From an uncultured Pseudomonadota bacterium (GTDB taxonomy: Bacteria > Chloroflexota > UBA5177 > JAJPKF01), in assembly GCA_963799725.1 (NCBI GenBank), contig CAWCYJ010000001.1, forward strand, positions 67,485 to 131,484: a DNA stretch of 64,000 nucleotides. The letters are read 5' to 3'. The position numbers were made by a program, and so were the translations under genes. Shown one piece after another: positions 38,178-46,468 of the stretch. The notes beneath the pieces were generated by a model. That model was not told the origin of the DNA and did not search any database. It worked only from the letters and a program-made list of their open reading frames with translations. The number at the start of each line of letters is the position of its first letter. The first letter of the stretch is position 1.

Positions 38178-39482
38178 TCAGTGCTCACCACGAGATCGGA
38201 ACATCAGGCGAATGGGTGTACCGAAAAAACCGAATCGCTCTCGGAGCCGATTCTCCAGGAAGCGGCGGTACGAAAAATGGATCAACTCGGGATCGTTGAC
38301 AAAAAAGGCAAAGGCCGGTGGGCCGGTGCTTACCTGCGTTACATAGAACAGTCGAACCTTCTTGCCCTGACGTGCCGGAGGTTGATAGTCAGACAGGGCT
38401 TTGTGAACCACCTCGTTCAGTTGCGCGGTTGGCACACGCTTGTTCCGCTCTCCCGCGACGCTTAGGGTTAACTGAAGCAGCTGATCGATCCTTTGTCTCG
38501 TAACCGCCGAGAGATAGGTGATCGGCGCGTAATCCATGAATTTCAAATGCTCGCGCAATGCCCGTTCGTACTCGTTGATTGTGGTGGCGGTCTTCTCCAC
38601 GAGATCCCACTTATTTACTGCGACGACCAATCCCTTGCCCTCTTCTTCCACAAAGCCGGCGATATGGGCGTCTTGGGCTGCGATAGGCTCGGTGGCATCT
38701 ATCACGAGGGCAGCCACGTCTGCGCGATCGATAGCTCTATGCGCTCGTAGGACGCTGTAGCGTTCTATGCCAGCTTCTATTTTGCCTCTCCGCCGAATTC
38801 CCGCTGTATCTATCAGGACAATCGACTGATTGTGGTACCGAACCTGGGTATCGACTGCATCACGAGTCGTACCGGCTGCCGGGGCCACGACCATCCGTTC
38901 TTCCCCAGTCAGCGCGTTCACTATCGAAGACTTCCCAACGTTGGGACGACCTACGATGGCCAGCTTCACCAATTCCTCTTCGAGTGGCTCCTCCTGAAGT
39001 GGAGGAAGAAGCTCGTCGATGCGATCTAGTAGATCTCCCGTTGCGAGTCCGCGCTCAGCCGACACAGCTACGGGATCTCCCAGAGCCAGGGCATGGAACT
39101 CGACCGCAGCCTCCATTTGGTTGCGGTTGTCTGCCTTATTCGCGACGAGGAGAACCGGCTTCCGGCTCTGCCGAAGGCGTTGGGCAATCTCTTCGTCGAC
39201 TGAAGTGACGCCAGAGCGGATGTCAGTCACCAACAGAATGACATCGGCCTCATCGATAGCCACAGATGCCTGCGCCATGACGCTTCGACCGATATCCTCA
39301 ACCGGTCCCGTGATCAGCCCGCCCGTATCCACCAAGGCAACGTTCCGCCCGTTCCAGTCGTACTGGCCATAGAGCCGGTCGCGGGTCGTACCCGGAACAT
39401 CCTCCACGATGGCCTGCCTTCGACCGGTAAGCCTGTTGAAGAGTCGAGACTTCCCCACGTTCGGGCGTCCCACCAGAGCCAC
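38178..39482 (-). CDS. der: Ribosome-biogenesis GTPase Der (EngA), double G-domain + KH-like domain
   Basis: VALVGRPNVGKSRLFNRL (G1), DTGG; second domain LAIVGRPNVGKSSIVNAL, DTAG, NKWD; C-terminal KH-like domain. The track ORF extends to 39599 across the cmk 3' end. GTG 39482 (MALVGRPNVGKS) is the most plausible start but is uncertain. Confidence 0.9.
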   Translation of the reverse strand: MALVGRPNVGKSRLFNRLTGRRQAIVEDVPGTTRDRLYGQYDWNGRNVALVDTGGLITGPVEDIGRSVMAQASVAIDEADVILLVTDIRSGVTSVDEEIAQRLRQSRKPVLLVANKADNRNQMEAAVEFHALALGDPVAVSAERGLATGDLLDRIDELLPPLQEEPLEEELVKLAIVGRPNVGKSSIVNALTGEERMVVAPAAGTTRDAVDTQVRYHNQSIVLIDTAGIRRRGKIEAGIERYSVLRAHRAIDRADVAALVIDATEPIAAQDAHIAGFVEEEGKGLVVAVNKWDLVEKTATTINEYERALREHLKFMDYAPITYLSAVTRQRIDQLLQLTLSVAGERNKRVPTAQLNEVVHKALSDYQPPARQGKKVRLFYVTQVSTGPPAFAFFVNDPELIHFSYRRFLENRLRERFGFFGTPIRLMFRSRGEH

Positions 39483-39489
39483 TAGCGGC

Positions 39490-40218
39490 TTAGCCAGATT
39501 GCACCCTAACCTCCGGCTGGAGCTTGCTCTCGACGGCGTCGAGGGCAAGCCTGAGCGACTCTTCGATGTTGAGGTGGCCGGTGTCGATGGGGATTGCATC
39601 GGGAGCCGGTCTCAAAGGTGAAATGGGCCGGGATGAGTCCATCAGGTCACGTCGCTTGATCTCAGCACCAAGGTGCGACTCCCCCTCAACCCTTTGCTCC
39701 GCTCGGCGACGTGCACGGATGTCTACCGAAGCCGTGACGAAAAACTTCACCTCCGCGTCTGGCAGAACAACGGTCCCGATGTCTCGTCCAAGCACGATTA
39801 TTTTGCCCTTCGAAGCCAGCTCTCGCTGTCTTTGAGCTAGGATCTTTCGCACCTCCCCATGGGCGGAAACAACTGAGACGTTGCGATCGATGGCTGCGGT
39901 ATGAAGCTCATCCGGTTCCAGATCCCGCCCATCGAGGGTGAGTCTCGCTGCTTGACCATCACCCTCGAGTGAGAAGTTCATTTGAGAGGCTACGTAAGTC
40001 ACGCAGTTGGAGTCCTCTGGAGGAGCACCGGCCATTTGGGTTAGCAAGGTCAAAGCCCTATACATGATTCCTGTGTCGAGCACCGGCCAATCGAGGGTTC
40101 GAGACAGGCCGGCGCCGAGAGTTGTCTTTCCCGCTCCTGCCGGACCGTCCACGGCGATCCTCAGTCCTCGTTTGCAGGTTGGGCTCGGCTCCTCTTGCCT
40201 CAACTTCGTGGTCGACAA
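39490..40218 (-). CDS. cmk: Cytidylate kinase
   Basis: IAVDGPAGAGKTTLGAGL...L....LDTG.MYRA.T is the P-loop block; ..GRD.GTVV.PDA..K.F..AS...RA.RR... Start is uncertain (TTG 40218 with AGAAGGAAG 9 nt upstream, or TTG 40203). The track start 40305 lies inside rluB. Confidence 0.85.
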   Translation of the reverse strand: MSTTKLRQEEPSPTCKRGLRIAVDGPAGAGKTTLGAGLSRTLDWPVLDTGIMYRALTLLTQMAGAPPEDSNCVTYVASQMNFSLEGDGQAARLTLDGRDLEPDELHTAAIDRNVSVVSAHGEVRKILAQRQRELASKGKIIVLGRDIGTVVLPDAEVKFFVTASVDIRARRRAEQRVEGESHLGAEIKRRDLMDSSRPISPLRPAPDAIPIDTGHLNIEESLRLALDAVESKLQPEVRVQSG

Positions 40219-40999
40219 AGGATTGCACTTCCTTCTTGCTGAGATCCCTGAAACGACCACGCGGCAGGTGACCGAGCCTGACCTCGCCAATGCGCACCCT
40301 TTCAAGGTACAACACGGGATGCCCCGCTTCGGCCGCTAGGAGTCGGATCTCTCGCTTACGACCCTCCTCAAGCTCGAATGCAACCCACGTATTGTTCTCT
40401 TCCACCTGCTGGGGCGACACCGACTTAGGGACCGCCAGCTTTCCGTCGATTGTGATGCCCTGCCGAAGCCTACTAAGCGCCTCTCGATCGAGCCGTCCCT
40501 GCAGCAACGCCACGTACTCCTTGGTGATTCCGTAGCGTGGATGGCTCACACGATTAGCCCAATCTCCGTCATTCGTCAGGAAAAGTAGTCCGCATGTATC
40601 TTTGTCGAGTCTTCCGACCGGATAAATGCGCTCGGACATCGGTACGAGATCCAGGACGGTGAGCTCATCCTTGGTAGGTACGTTCGCACAAACGTAACCC
40701 TCGGGTTTATTCAAGGCGATATAGCGCTTATTCGGGATGGCGATGGGCCGTCCGTCGACGAGAACCCTGGCTTCGAGTGGTACAAGCTGACCCACATGAG
40801 CCGTCCTTCCGTCCACAAGCACCCTTCCCTCGCGCACGAGATCTTCGGCACGCCGTCGGGAGGCAACGCCTGCCCGAGCTAGCCACTTGTGGATACGTTC
40901 GAACCCCTGGTTCACGATCCTTGCCTCGAACAATGACGCAGGAGCCACCAGCGAGTTCGCTGCCTCCCTCCGCACAAAGCAATCTATGCAAATGGTCAC
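40058..40999 (-). CDS. rluB: Pseudouridine synthase, RsuA/RluB family (S4 domain + catalytic domain) with an Arg-rich tail that overlaps cmk
   Basis: S4 domain: ERIHKWLARAGVASRRRAEDLVREGRV.VDG. Catalytic block: ALNKP.GYV.....K.E.TV.DLV......IYPVGRLDKDTCGLLFLTNDG.WANRV.HPRY...KEY. GTG start in a GTGA overlap with the dacB stop. Confidence 0.85.
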   Translation of the reverse strand: MTICIDCFVRREAANSLVAPASLFEARIVNQGFERIHKWLARAGVASRRRAEDLVREGRVLVDGRTAHVGQLVPLEARVLVDGRPIAIPNKRYIALNKPEGYVCANVPTKDELTVLDLVPMSERIYPVGRLDKDTCGLLFLTNDGDWANRVSHPRYGITKEYVALLQGRLDREALSRLRQGITIDGKLAVPKSVSPQQVEENNTWVAFELEEGRKREIRLLAAEAGHPVLYLERVRIGEVRLGHLPRGRFRDLSKKEVQSFVDHEVEARGAEPNLQTRTEDRRGRSGRSGKDNSRRRPVSNPRLAGARHRNHV

Positions 41000-42060
41000 C
41001 GAGGGTCGAATGGAGCGGTTACGTACCCCGCCTTTCCAACGCTAATCCAGCCTGACTCCCAACGGGGCACGGGAGCTGTCGTGACAGCACGGTGATGCAT
41101 GAGGGATTGAGTTGACCACATCGTATCCGAGCTGGTTGGCCACTCGTAGTTGTTGAAAGCAAACGTGAGAAGTGTCGCAGCATCGCTGAACCTTCCAAAC
41201 TCGGTGGATCCAAGAACGACAGCAATGACCACGTGACCCGCGCGGCGTGCGGCTGCGCTGACTGAGGCTCCGGCCGCGTCCGTAGTTCCCGTCTTCACAC
41301 CAATGATGCCGGGAAAGCTGCCCAGGAGTAGGTTGGTGTTTGTGAGGTTGAAGTTGACACCCCCACCTGCACTTGGGACCACGATATGCTTCGTATCGAC
41401 GATTTTGGCGAGGACGGGGTACCCTAGTACGATCCTGGTCATGTGAGCGACGTCAGCCGCGCAGGAGTACTCCCCTGGTGCGTCGAGACCGTGGGGCGTC
41501 ACATAGTGTGAGCACTTCAGACGGAAATCGTGCGCTTGACGGTTCATAAGTGCCGCGAACCGCTGCTGAGTCCCTGAGACGGCGAGGGCCAACGCCTCGG
41601 CCGCGTCATTTCCAGACGGGATGAGCGCACCATATAACAGTGAACGCACGGTGACACGGTCGCCGGCCGTGAGCCACATCGTCGATCCCGGCTCAGATGC
41701 GGCTTGAGAGTTGACGGTTATAACCCGATTGAGCGACAGGTGCTTCAGGGCAAGTACCACTGTCATGAGTTTTGTAATGCTGCCGATCGCGTGTTTCTGG
41801 TAGGCTCGTTCGCTTACCAAGACCCGGCCAGTTGTTCCATCAACCACGTCTAGTACATTGCCTGCGGTGGCAGGAACGGCATCCGTCGCGATCGCGGGGA
41901 CCTGGCTGTCCTGCAGTTGGTAGCCGGAGCTTGGATCTCGAATGGAGGGAGCCCAGGCGCATAGAAATACCGAGGCCAAGATAATCAAACAGAAGCGCAA
42001 GACAAAGGACGGAAGCGTCCGTCTTGAAGCCGACTCCGCACCTTGAGCACTCGAATCCAT
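40996..42060 (-). CDS. D-alanyl-D-alanine carboxypeptidase (peptidase S11, PBP5/DacB-like)
   Basis: N-terminal anchor, then SITK (SxxK), IPSGNDAAEALA (SGN) and VKTGTTDAAG (KTG). Confidence 0.85.
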   Translation of the reverse strand: MDSSAQGAESASRRTLPSFVLRFCLIILASVFLCAWAPSIRDPSSGYQLQDSQVPAIATDAVPATAGNVLDVVDGTTGRVLVSERAYQKHAIGSITKLMTVVLALKHLSLNRVITVNSQAASEPGSTMWLTAGDRVTVRSLLYGALIPSGNDAAEALALAVSGTQQRFAALMNRQAHDFRLKCSHYVTPHGLDAPGEYSCAADVAHMTRIVLGYPVLAKIVDTKHIVVPSAGGGVNFNLTNTNLLLGSFPGIIGVKTGTTDAAGASVSAAARRAGHVVIAVVLGSTEFGRFSDAATLLTFAFNNYEWPTSSDTMWSTQSLMHHRAVTTAPVPRWESGWISVGKAGYVTAPFDPR

Positions 42061-42122
42061 ATGAAATGATCACACATCGGAATTACCGGATTCGCCTCGA
42101 CCGTTGACGGTAACATGATGGC

Positions 42123-42749
42123 GTGAGCGGAAAGATCGATGCCATCGTCGCCGAATTGGCCGACCGGCTAGATGCAAAAAGCGCTGCTCGCGACAAGGCC
42201 CTCCTTGATTCAAGAAAGCTGACGCGCCAGGCCGCGCTCGCCATCCGGGCTCTGCATCGGGGAGATGTGGATCAGGCACGCTCCCTACTGCAGGAGGGCA
42301 CTTCCATCATTCGAGAAGTGACCAAGGACCTCGAAGGGTTCCCGGATCTCTACTGGAGCGGCTACGTTCAGGATGCGCAAAAGGAGTATGCCGAGGCCTC
42401 CATTGTGGCTTCCCTAATGGCTAATGAGGTGGTGCCTGGCCCGTCTGACCTGGCGGTAGAAATTGCTCCCTACCTCAATGGCCTGGGAGAAGCCGCAAGC
42501 GAAATGCGTCGGTATGTCCTCGACATCATCCGCCACGGATCTGCGGAGCATCAGCAGGAGGGAGAGAGAGTGCTCGGCCAGATGGATACCATCTACACGG
42601 CATTGATCACAGTCGATTTTCCGGATGCTCTAACTGGAGGACTTCGAAGGACGACGGACCTGGTTCGTGGGGTTCTGGAACGCACTCGCGGTGATCTGAC
42701 GATGTCTCTCCGCCAAGCGCAGCTGGAACGTGCCCTAGCGTCCAAGTAG
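42123..42749 (+). CDS. Translin-family protein (COG2178-like)
   Basis: 208 aa, all-helical. ..AARDKALLDSRKLTRQAALAIRALHRGDVDQARSLL.E....., YWSGYVQDAQKEYAEA, then PYLNGLGEAASEMRRYVLD (compare the translin Y..G..D..GEL.R motif), and the C-terminal LRRTTDLVRGVLERTRGDL. Confidence 0.55.
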   Translation: MSGKIDAIVAELADRLDAKSAARDKALLDSRKLTRQAALAIRALHRGDVDQARSLLQEGTSIIREVTKDLEGFPDLYWSGYVQDAQKEYAEASIVASLMANEVVPGPSDLAVEIAPYLNGLGEAASEMRRYVLDIIRHGSAEHQQEGERVLGQMDTIYTALITVDFPDALTGGLRRTTDLVRGVLERTRGDLTMSLRQAQLERALASK

Positions 42750-42785
42750 GGCTACTTAGACATCCTCCCCACCCGCGGGTGCCCT

Positions 42786-43094
42786 TTACAGGATGTGAAC
42801 CTGAGCGCCTGCTTGCTCGAGACGAACCCTCACGAACTCTGCCTCATCTCGTCGCACCCTCTTGACCACGAACTCGGGGGCCCCTTCGACCAGTGCTCTG
42901 ACCTCGGGCAACCGCAGCTGGGTCAGCTCGCGCACCACTCGCATGACCTCGATCTTGTTTGGACCGGGAGACTTTAGAACCACGGAGAAGTCCCAGGCGT
43001 CACTTCCTAGGGAATCAGGCGAGCGATTCTCGATACTGTCCAGGCTCTCGAGAACTTCACGTACCTCGCGGAAGACGGATTCGTCACCGTTCAA
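42786..43094 (-). CDS. Stand-alone ribosomal protein L7/L12 C-terminal-domain paralog (no N-terminal stalk-binding domain)
   Basis: 102 aa. Residues 34-102 (WDFSVVLKSPGPNKIEVMRVVRELTQLRLPEVRALVEGAPEFVVKRVRRDEAEFVRVRLEQAGAQVHIL) align without gaps to the CTD of the adjacent rplL product, with 33/69 identities by hand count including VRELTQL. TTG start at 43094 with GAGGTGG about 10 nt upstream. Confidence 0.7.
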   Translation of the reverse strand: MNGDESVFREVREVLESLDSIENRSPDSLGSDAWDFSVVLKSPGPNKIEVMRVVRELTQLRLPEVRALVEGAPEFVVKRVRRDEAEFVRVRLEQAGAQVHIL

Positions 43095-43129
43095 GCGGTT
43101 GCTACCACCTCACTCAGCCGAGATGTTGT

Positions 43130-43165
43130 GATGGTAGGGATCATCGGATGATGACCCCTACCATC
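43130..43165 (-). terminator. Strong 16-bp hairpin between rplL and the L12-CTD paralog (attenuator, terminator or processing site)
   Basis: On the minus strand: GATGGTAGGGGTCATC-atcc-GATGATCCCTACCATC (one G-U pair), starting 8 nt after the rplL stop. No U-tract follows (ACAACATC). Confidence 0.5.
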
Positions 43166-43173
43166 CAAACGGC

Positions 43174-43569
43174 CTACTTGACTTCGACCGGAGCTCCGGC
43201 TTCTTCGAGCTTCGCCTTTGCGGCATCCGCCTCTTCTCGTGAGACGTTCTCTTTCACCGGCTTCGGCGCTTCGTCGACCAACGCCTTTGCCTCCTTGAGG
43301 CCGAGCTGCGTCAGCTCGCGAACAGCCTTGATAACGGCGATCTTGTTTGCGCCTGCGCCATTGAGCATAACGGTGAATTCCGTCTGCTCCTCGACGGGAG
43401 CGGCTTCAGCAGTGGCTGCGGCCGGAGCGGCGGCTGCTGCCGCTGGTGCGGCGGCGGTGACGTTGAACTTGTCCTCAAATAGCTTGACGAACTCTGCGAT
43501 CTGCGAGAGAGTCATATTCTCAAACTGATCGACGAGCTCTTGGGGCGACATGGAATTTGCGACTGCCAT
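43174..43569 (-). CDS. rplL: 50S ribosomal protein L7/L12
   Basis: 131 aa. N-terminal dimerisation helices ([30 protein letters not shown]), an Ala-rich hinge, and the [70 protein letters not shown]. Confidence 0.95.
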   Translation of the reverse strand: MAVANSMSPQELVDQFENMTLSQIAEFVKLFEDKFNVTAAAPAAAAAAPAAATAEAAPVEEQTEFTVMLNGAGANKIAVIKAVRELTQLGLKEAKALVDEAPKPVKENVSREEADAAKAKLEEAGAPVEVK

Positions 43570-43676
43570 GGTGTTTCTTCCTTTCTGAACTTGGTTAGCT
43601 GATGGAGTTAGGTGCTTGCGGGACCGTCATCTTAGTGGTCAGTGAGTGGTGATAAACGAGATGTTCGAGCAATCCC

Positions 43677-44219
43677 TTACTGTGCCGAAGCCGCGGCCTG
43701 TTGCGGTTCGCTCAACTCGTAGGCGTTCATCGCGTAAAGGATCTGCCTGGCGGGTGCTTGGGCGACGCTGAGCAGAGCCGATGCGGGGGCCTGGACGACA
43801 CCAAGCACTCGTGCCAGCAGCGTCTCTCTGGGTGGAAGCTCCGCAATGGCTCGTATCTCGTCGGCGCTTACGGCACGCGATCCGTAGATGCCACCTTTGA
43901 TGGAAAGCGGTGTGCGGGGCACACGGGCGGCTTCCGCCATCAGCCTTGCCGGTGCAACCTCGTCCTGCTCGCTGGTTACGATGGCGGTTGGTCCGGTGAA
44001 CAGCGAGTCATCGACGTCGAGTGTCGCGGCTTTTGCCGCTCGACGTAGAAGCGTGTTCTTGGCTACCCGAAACTCGACCGCTTGCTCACGCAGGTGCCGG
44101 CGAAGCGTGCTGATGTCGGAGACATTCAGGCCGCGGTAATCGACTACTACCGTGCCCTTACTGTCGCCAAGGATGCTGGCCAGTTCTTCGGTGGTGTCGA
44201 TCTTCTGTTGTGTAGGCAT
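43677..44219 (-). CDS. rplJ: 50S ribosomal protein L10
   Basis: MPTQQKIDTTEELASILGDSKGTVVVDYRGLNVSDISTLRRHLRE..VEFRVAKNTLLRRA. The second ATG (44219) is chosen because GAAGGAGAA lies 5 nt upstream of it. Confidence 0.9.
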   Translation of the reverse strand: MPTQQKIDTTEELASILGDSKGTVVVDYRGLNVSDISTLRRHLREQAVEFRVAKNTLLRRAAKAATLDVDDSLFTGPTAIVTSEQDEVAPARLMAEAARVPRTPLSIKGGIYGSRAVSADEIRAIAELPPRETLLARVLGVVQAPASALLSVAQAPARQILYAMNAYELSEPQQAAASAQ

Positions 44220-44450
44220 CCGTTCTCCTTCTCTCTTCATTTAGCCCGAGGAGACAAACGGCGCCAGAAGTCGACGCAGGCAGGCCAAATCTCGATTGAG
44301 TCTGGCTGCGCTTCAGGCCTCGGCAGGATTCTTAAACGCTGATGCGTCCCTGCTGTCTCAGGCTATTTAGTTACTGCCTTCTATATTTTGAACTCAGAAG
44401 TCGCGGAGGAACTGAGAAATCGATCCAGTGGGTTTATTGAGATTGCTTGT
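44220..44450 (-). promoter_or_regulatory. Possible rplJ (L10) autoregulatory leader
   Basis: 231-nt untranslated spacer between rplA and rplJ. It contains GAGACAGCAGG...(24 nt)...CCUGCCGAGG, which can pair, and a CTCAG...CTGAG hairpin. The position matches known L10-leader elements, but I could not verify the fold. Confidence 0.3.
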
Positions 44451-45161
44451 CTAGGCAGCTGGTTGGAGGCTAAGTGCTTCCGCTATATCCAGCTTTACCG
44501 ACGGTCCCATGGTGGGAGCGATGGCTGCCGAGCGAACGTAGTGGCCCTTGGCGCCCGATGGTTTCGCACGCGAAATGGCATCGATCATCACAGCCAGGTT
44601 GTTGAGCAGCTGACCATCCTCGAAGGAAATCTTGCCAATAGGGACGTGGATATTGCCCGTCCGATCGACGGCAAACTGGACCCGGCCCTTTCGAATCTCG
44701 TCGATACTCGAGCGGACATCTGTGGTAACAGTTTCGCTTCGAGGGCTTGGCATCAGACCTCGTGGTCCGAGTACCTTGCCGAGCTTCGAAACAGTTGTCC
44801 GCATGGCGTCAGGAGTGGCCAGGGCGACGTCGAAGTCGAGCCAGCCTGCCTGAATGCGCTTTGCCAGGTCATCGCCACCAACGAAATCGGCGCCAGCCTC
44901 CTCAGCCTCCCGAGCGGCATCGCCTTCCGCGAAGACCAGGATTCTGACTTTTCGACCGGTTCCCGCTGGTAGAACGGCTACACCTCGCACGCGCTGATCG
45001 TCATGTCGCGGATCAACTCCGAGCCTCATGTGCAGCTCAACCGTTCCGTCAAATTTGCTTGTCGAAATCTTCTTAACCAGCCCAACGGCGTCGGCTGGAG
45101 CGTATTGACGCTCCTGCTCGACCTGCTCTAGAGCAGCGCGATACTTCTTTCCTCGGTTCAT
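44451..45161 (-). CDS. rplA: 50S ribosomal protein L1
   Basis: 236 aa. KKYRAALEQV......Y....A..LVKK....KFD.TVE.H.RLGVDPRH.DQ.VRG...LP.GTGR.VRILVFA.G. Confidence 0.95.
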   Translation of the reverse strand: MNRGKKYRAALEQVEQERQYAPADAVGLVKKISTSKFDGTVELHMRLGVDPRHDDQRVRGVAVLPAGTGRKVRILVFAEGDAAREAEEAGADFVGGDDLAKRIQAGWLDFDVALATPDAMRTTVSKLGKVLGPRGLMPSPRSETVTTDVRSSIDEIRKGRVQFAVDRTGNIHVPIGKISFEDGQLLNNLAVMIDAISRAKPSGAKGHYVRSAAIAPTMGPSVKLDIAEALSLQPAA

Positions 45162-45164
45162 GCT

Positions 45165-45590
45165 TTAGTCCACCACCTGCAATCCCATGCTGCGAGCCGT
45201 GCCCTCGATAATCCTTTCGGCGGCTTCGAGGGTATTGGCATTCAGATCGGGCATTTTTGTTTCTGCGATCTCACGAATCTGTGGGCGGCTCACGGTTCCT
45301 GCCGATGCGCGACCGGGGGTGCCGGAGCCTCCCGGTATTCCCGCGGCCTTCTTCAGTAGCTCGCCAGCGGGAGGAGTCTTGGTAACGAAAGTGAAGGAGC
45401 GGTCATCGAAGATTGTGATCTCGACCGGAATCACGGTTCCGGCTTGCGAGGAAGTCCGCTCGTTGTACTCCTTGCAGAAACCCATGATGTTAACGCCGTG
45501 CTGGCCCAGTGCCGGCCCCACGGGAGGGGCCGGATTTGCCTTTCCGGCCTCAATTTGCAGCTTGACGATAGCCTTTACTTTGCGAGCCAT
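45165..45590 (-). CDS. rplK: 50S ribosomal protein L11
   Basis: 141 aa. [37 protein letters not shown]....[21 protein letters not shown]. Confidence 0.95.
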   Translation of the reverse strand: MARKVKAIVKLQIEAGKANPAPPVGPALGQHGVNIMGFCKEYNERTSSQAGTVIPVEITIFDDRSFTFVTKTPPAGELLKKAAGIPGGSGTPGRASAGTVSRPQIREIAETKMPDLNANTLEAAERIIEGTARSMGLQVVD

Positions 45591-45591
45591 G

Positions 45592-46146
45592 TTAGAGCTT
45601 CTCTACCTGAAGGAAGTCGAGCTCCACTGGCGTCTCGCGACCGAAGAAGCTCACGAGCACCTTGACCTTGTTTCGCTCTGCCGAAACCTCGTCAACCACG
45701 CCGATGAACTCGGCAAACGGTCCGTCCACAATGCGGACGTTCTGGCCACGGGAGAACGTCGGCTTCATACGAGGAGCTTCAGCCTCAATCTGCTTGAGGA
45801 TTTGCTTGACCTCTTGCTCACGAAGCGGTGTCGGATTGCTGCCAGAGCCGACGAAGCTGGTAACGCCGGGAGTGTTGCGAACAACATTCCAAGCTTCGGA
45901 ATCCATCATCATCTCGACCAGAACGTAGCCAGGAAAGACCTTCCGCTTGACAGCCTGACGCTGACCGTTCTTGATCTCCATCTCTTCCTCTTCAGGCACG
46001 ATGACACTGAAGATCTTCTCGCCGCCGCTACCGTGCATCGATTGCATACGATGCTCGAGGTTTCGCTTCACTTTGTTCTCATAGCCGGAGTAGGTGTGAA
46101 TTACATACCACTCTCGCTGCTTGGGTTGGGTATCAAGCTCCATCAT
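45592..46146 (-). CDS. nusG: Transcription termination/antitermination factor NusG
   Basis: 184 aa. [21 protein letters not shown]... and the KOW region [49 protein letters not shown]. Confidence 0.95.
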   Translation of the reverse strand: MMELDTQPKQREWYVIHTYSGYENKVKRNLEHRMQSMHGSGGEKIFSVIVPEEEEMEIKNGQRQAVKRKVFPGYVLVEMMMDSEAWNVVRNTPGVTSFVGSGSNPTPLREQEVKQILKQIEAEAPRMKPTFSRGQNVRIVDGPFAEFIGVVDEVSAERNKVKVLVSFFGRETPVELDFLQVEKL

Positions 46147-46150
46147 GTTC

Positions 46151-46393
46151 CTACTTGAGACCCGTGAGCGGCGCTACGATCCAGTTGAGCACCTGATCGA
46201 CGATTCCAAGAAAAGCCGCTATTGCCAACGTCATTGCAATCACGGCAATCGTGAGCTGAGTCGTCTCCTCGCGGCTGGGCCAGTTGACCTTCCGCAGCTC
46301 GGCGCGAGCTTCCTGAAAGTACTGCGCCGGTGAAATGACCGGCGACCGTCTGCCTCCAGTCGGTCGGGTTGGAGCAGCCGTTTGTCCCGTCAT
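46151..46393 (-). CDS. secE: Preprotein translocase subunit SecE
   Basis: From ATG 46393, 80 aa ending ..YFQEARAELRKVNWPSREETTQLTIAVIAMTLAIAAFLGIVDQVLNWIV. The track's longer ORF (to 46501) runs into tRNA-Trp. Confidence 0.85.
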   Translation of the reverse strand: MTGQTAAPTRPTGGRRSPVISPAQYFQEARAELRKVNWPSREETTQLTIAVIAMTLAIAAFLGIVDQVLNWIVAPLTGLK

Positions 46394-46468
46394 CTGTTTT
46401 GCCACACTATACCTCGCAGTCTTTCGAAGGGCTGCCGGCTCCCAAATCGCACCTGATTGAGGAGGAGA

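Noticed and set aside
39483-39599. 5' extension of der
   Set aside because: It overlaps the 3' end of cmk, with a Ser/Thr/Pro-rich unconserved sequence. G1 motifs normally lie within about 10 aa of the Der N-terminus.
42959-43528. 189-aa plus-strand ORF rich in Ala/Ser runs
   Set aside because: It is antisense to rplL and the L12-CTD paralog. The poly-Ala stretch is the reverse reading of the L12 Ala-rich hinge.
45187-46158. 323-aa ORF on the plus strand across rplK and nusG
   Set aside because: It is antisense to two unmistakable, fully conserved genes. The composition is typical of shadow ORFs in GC-rich DNA, and no motif was recognised.
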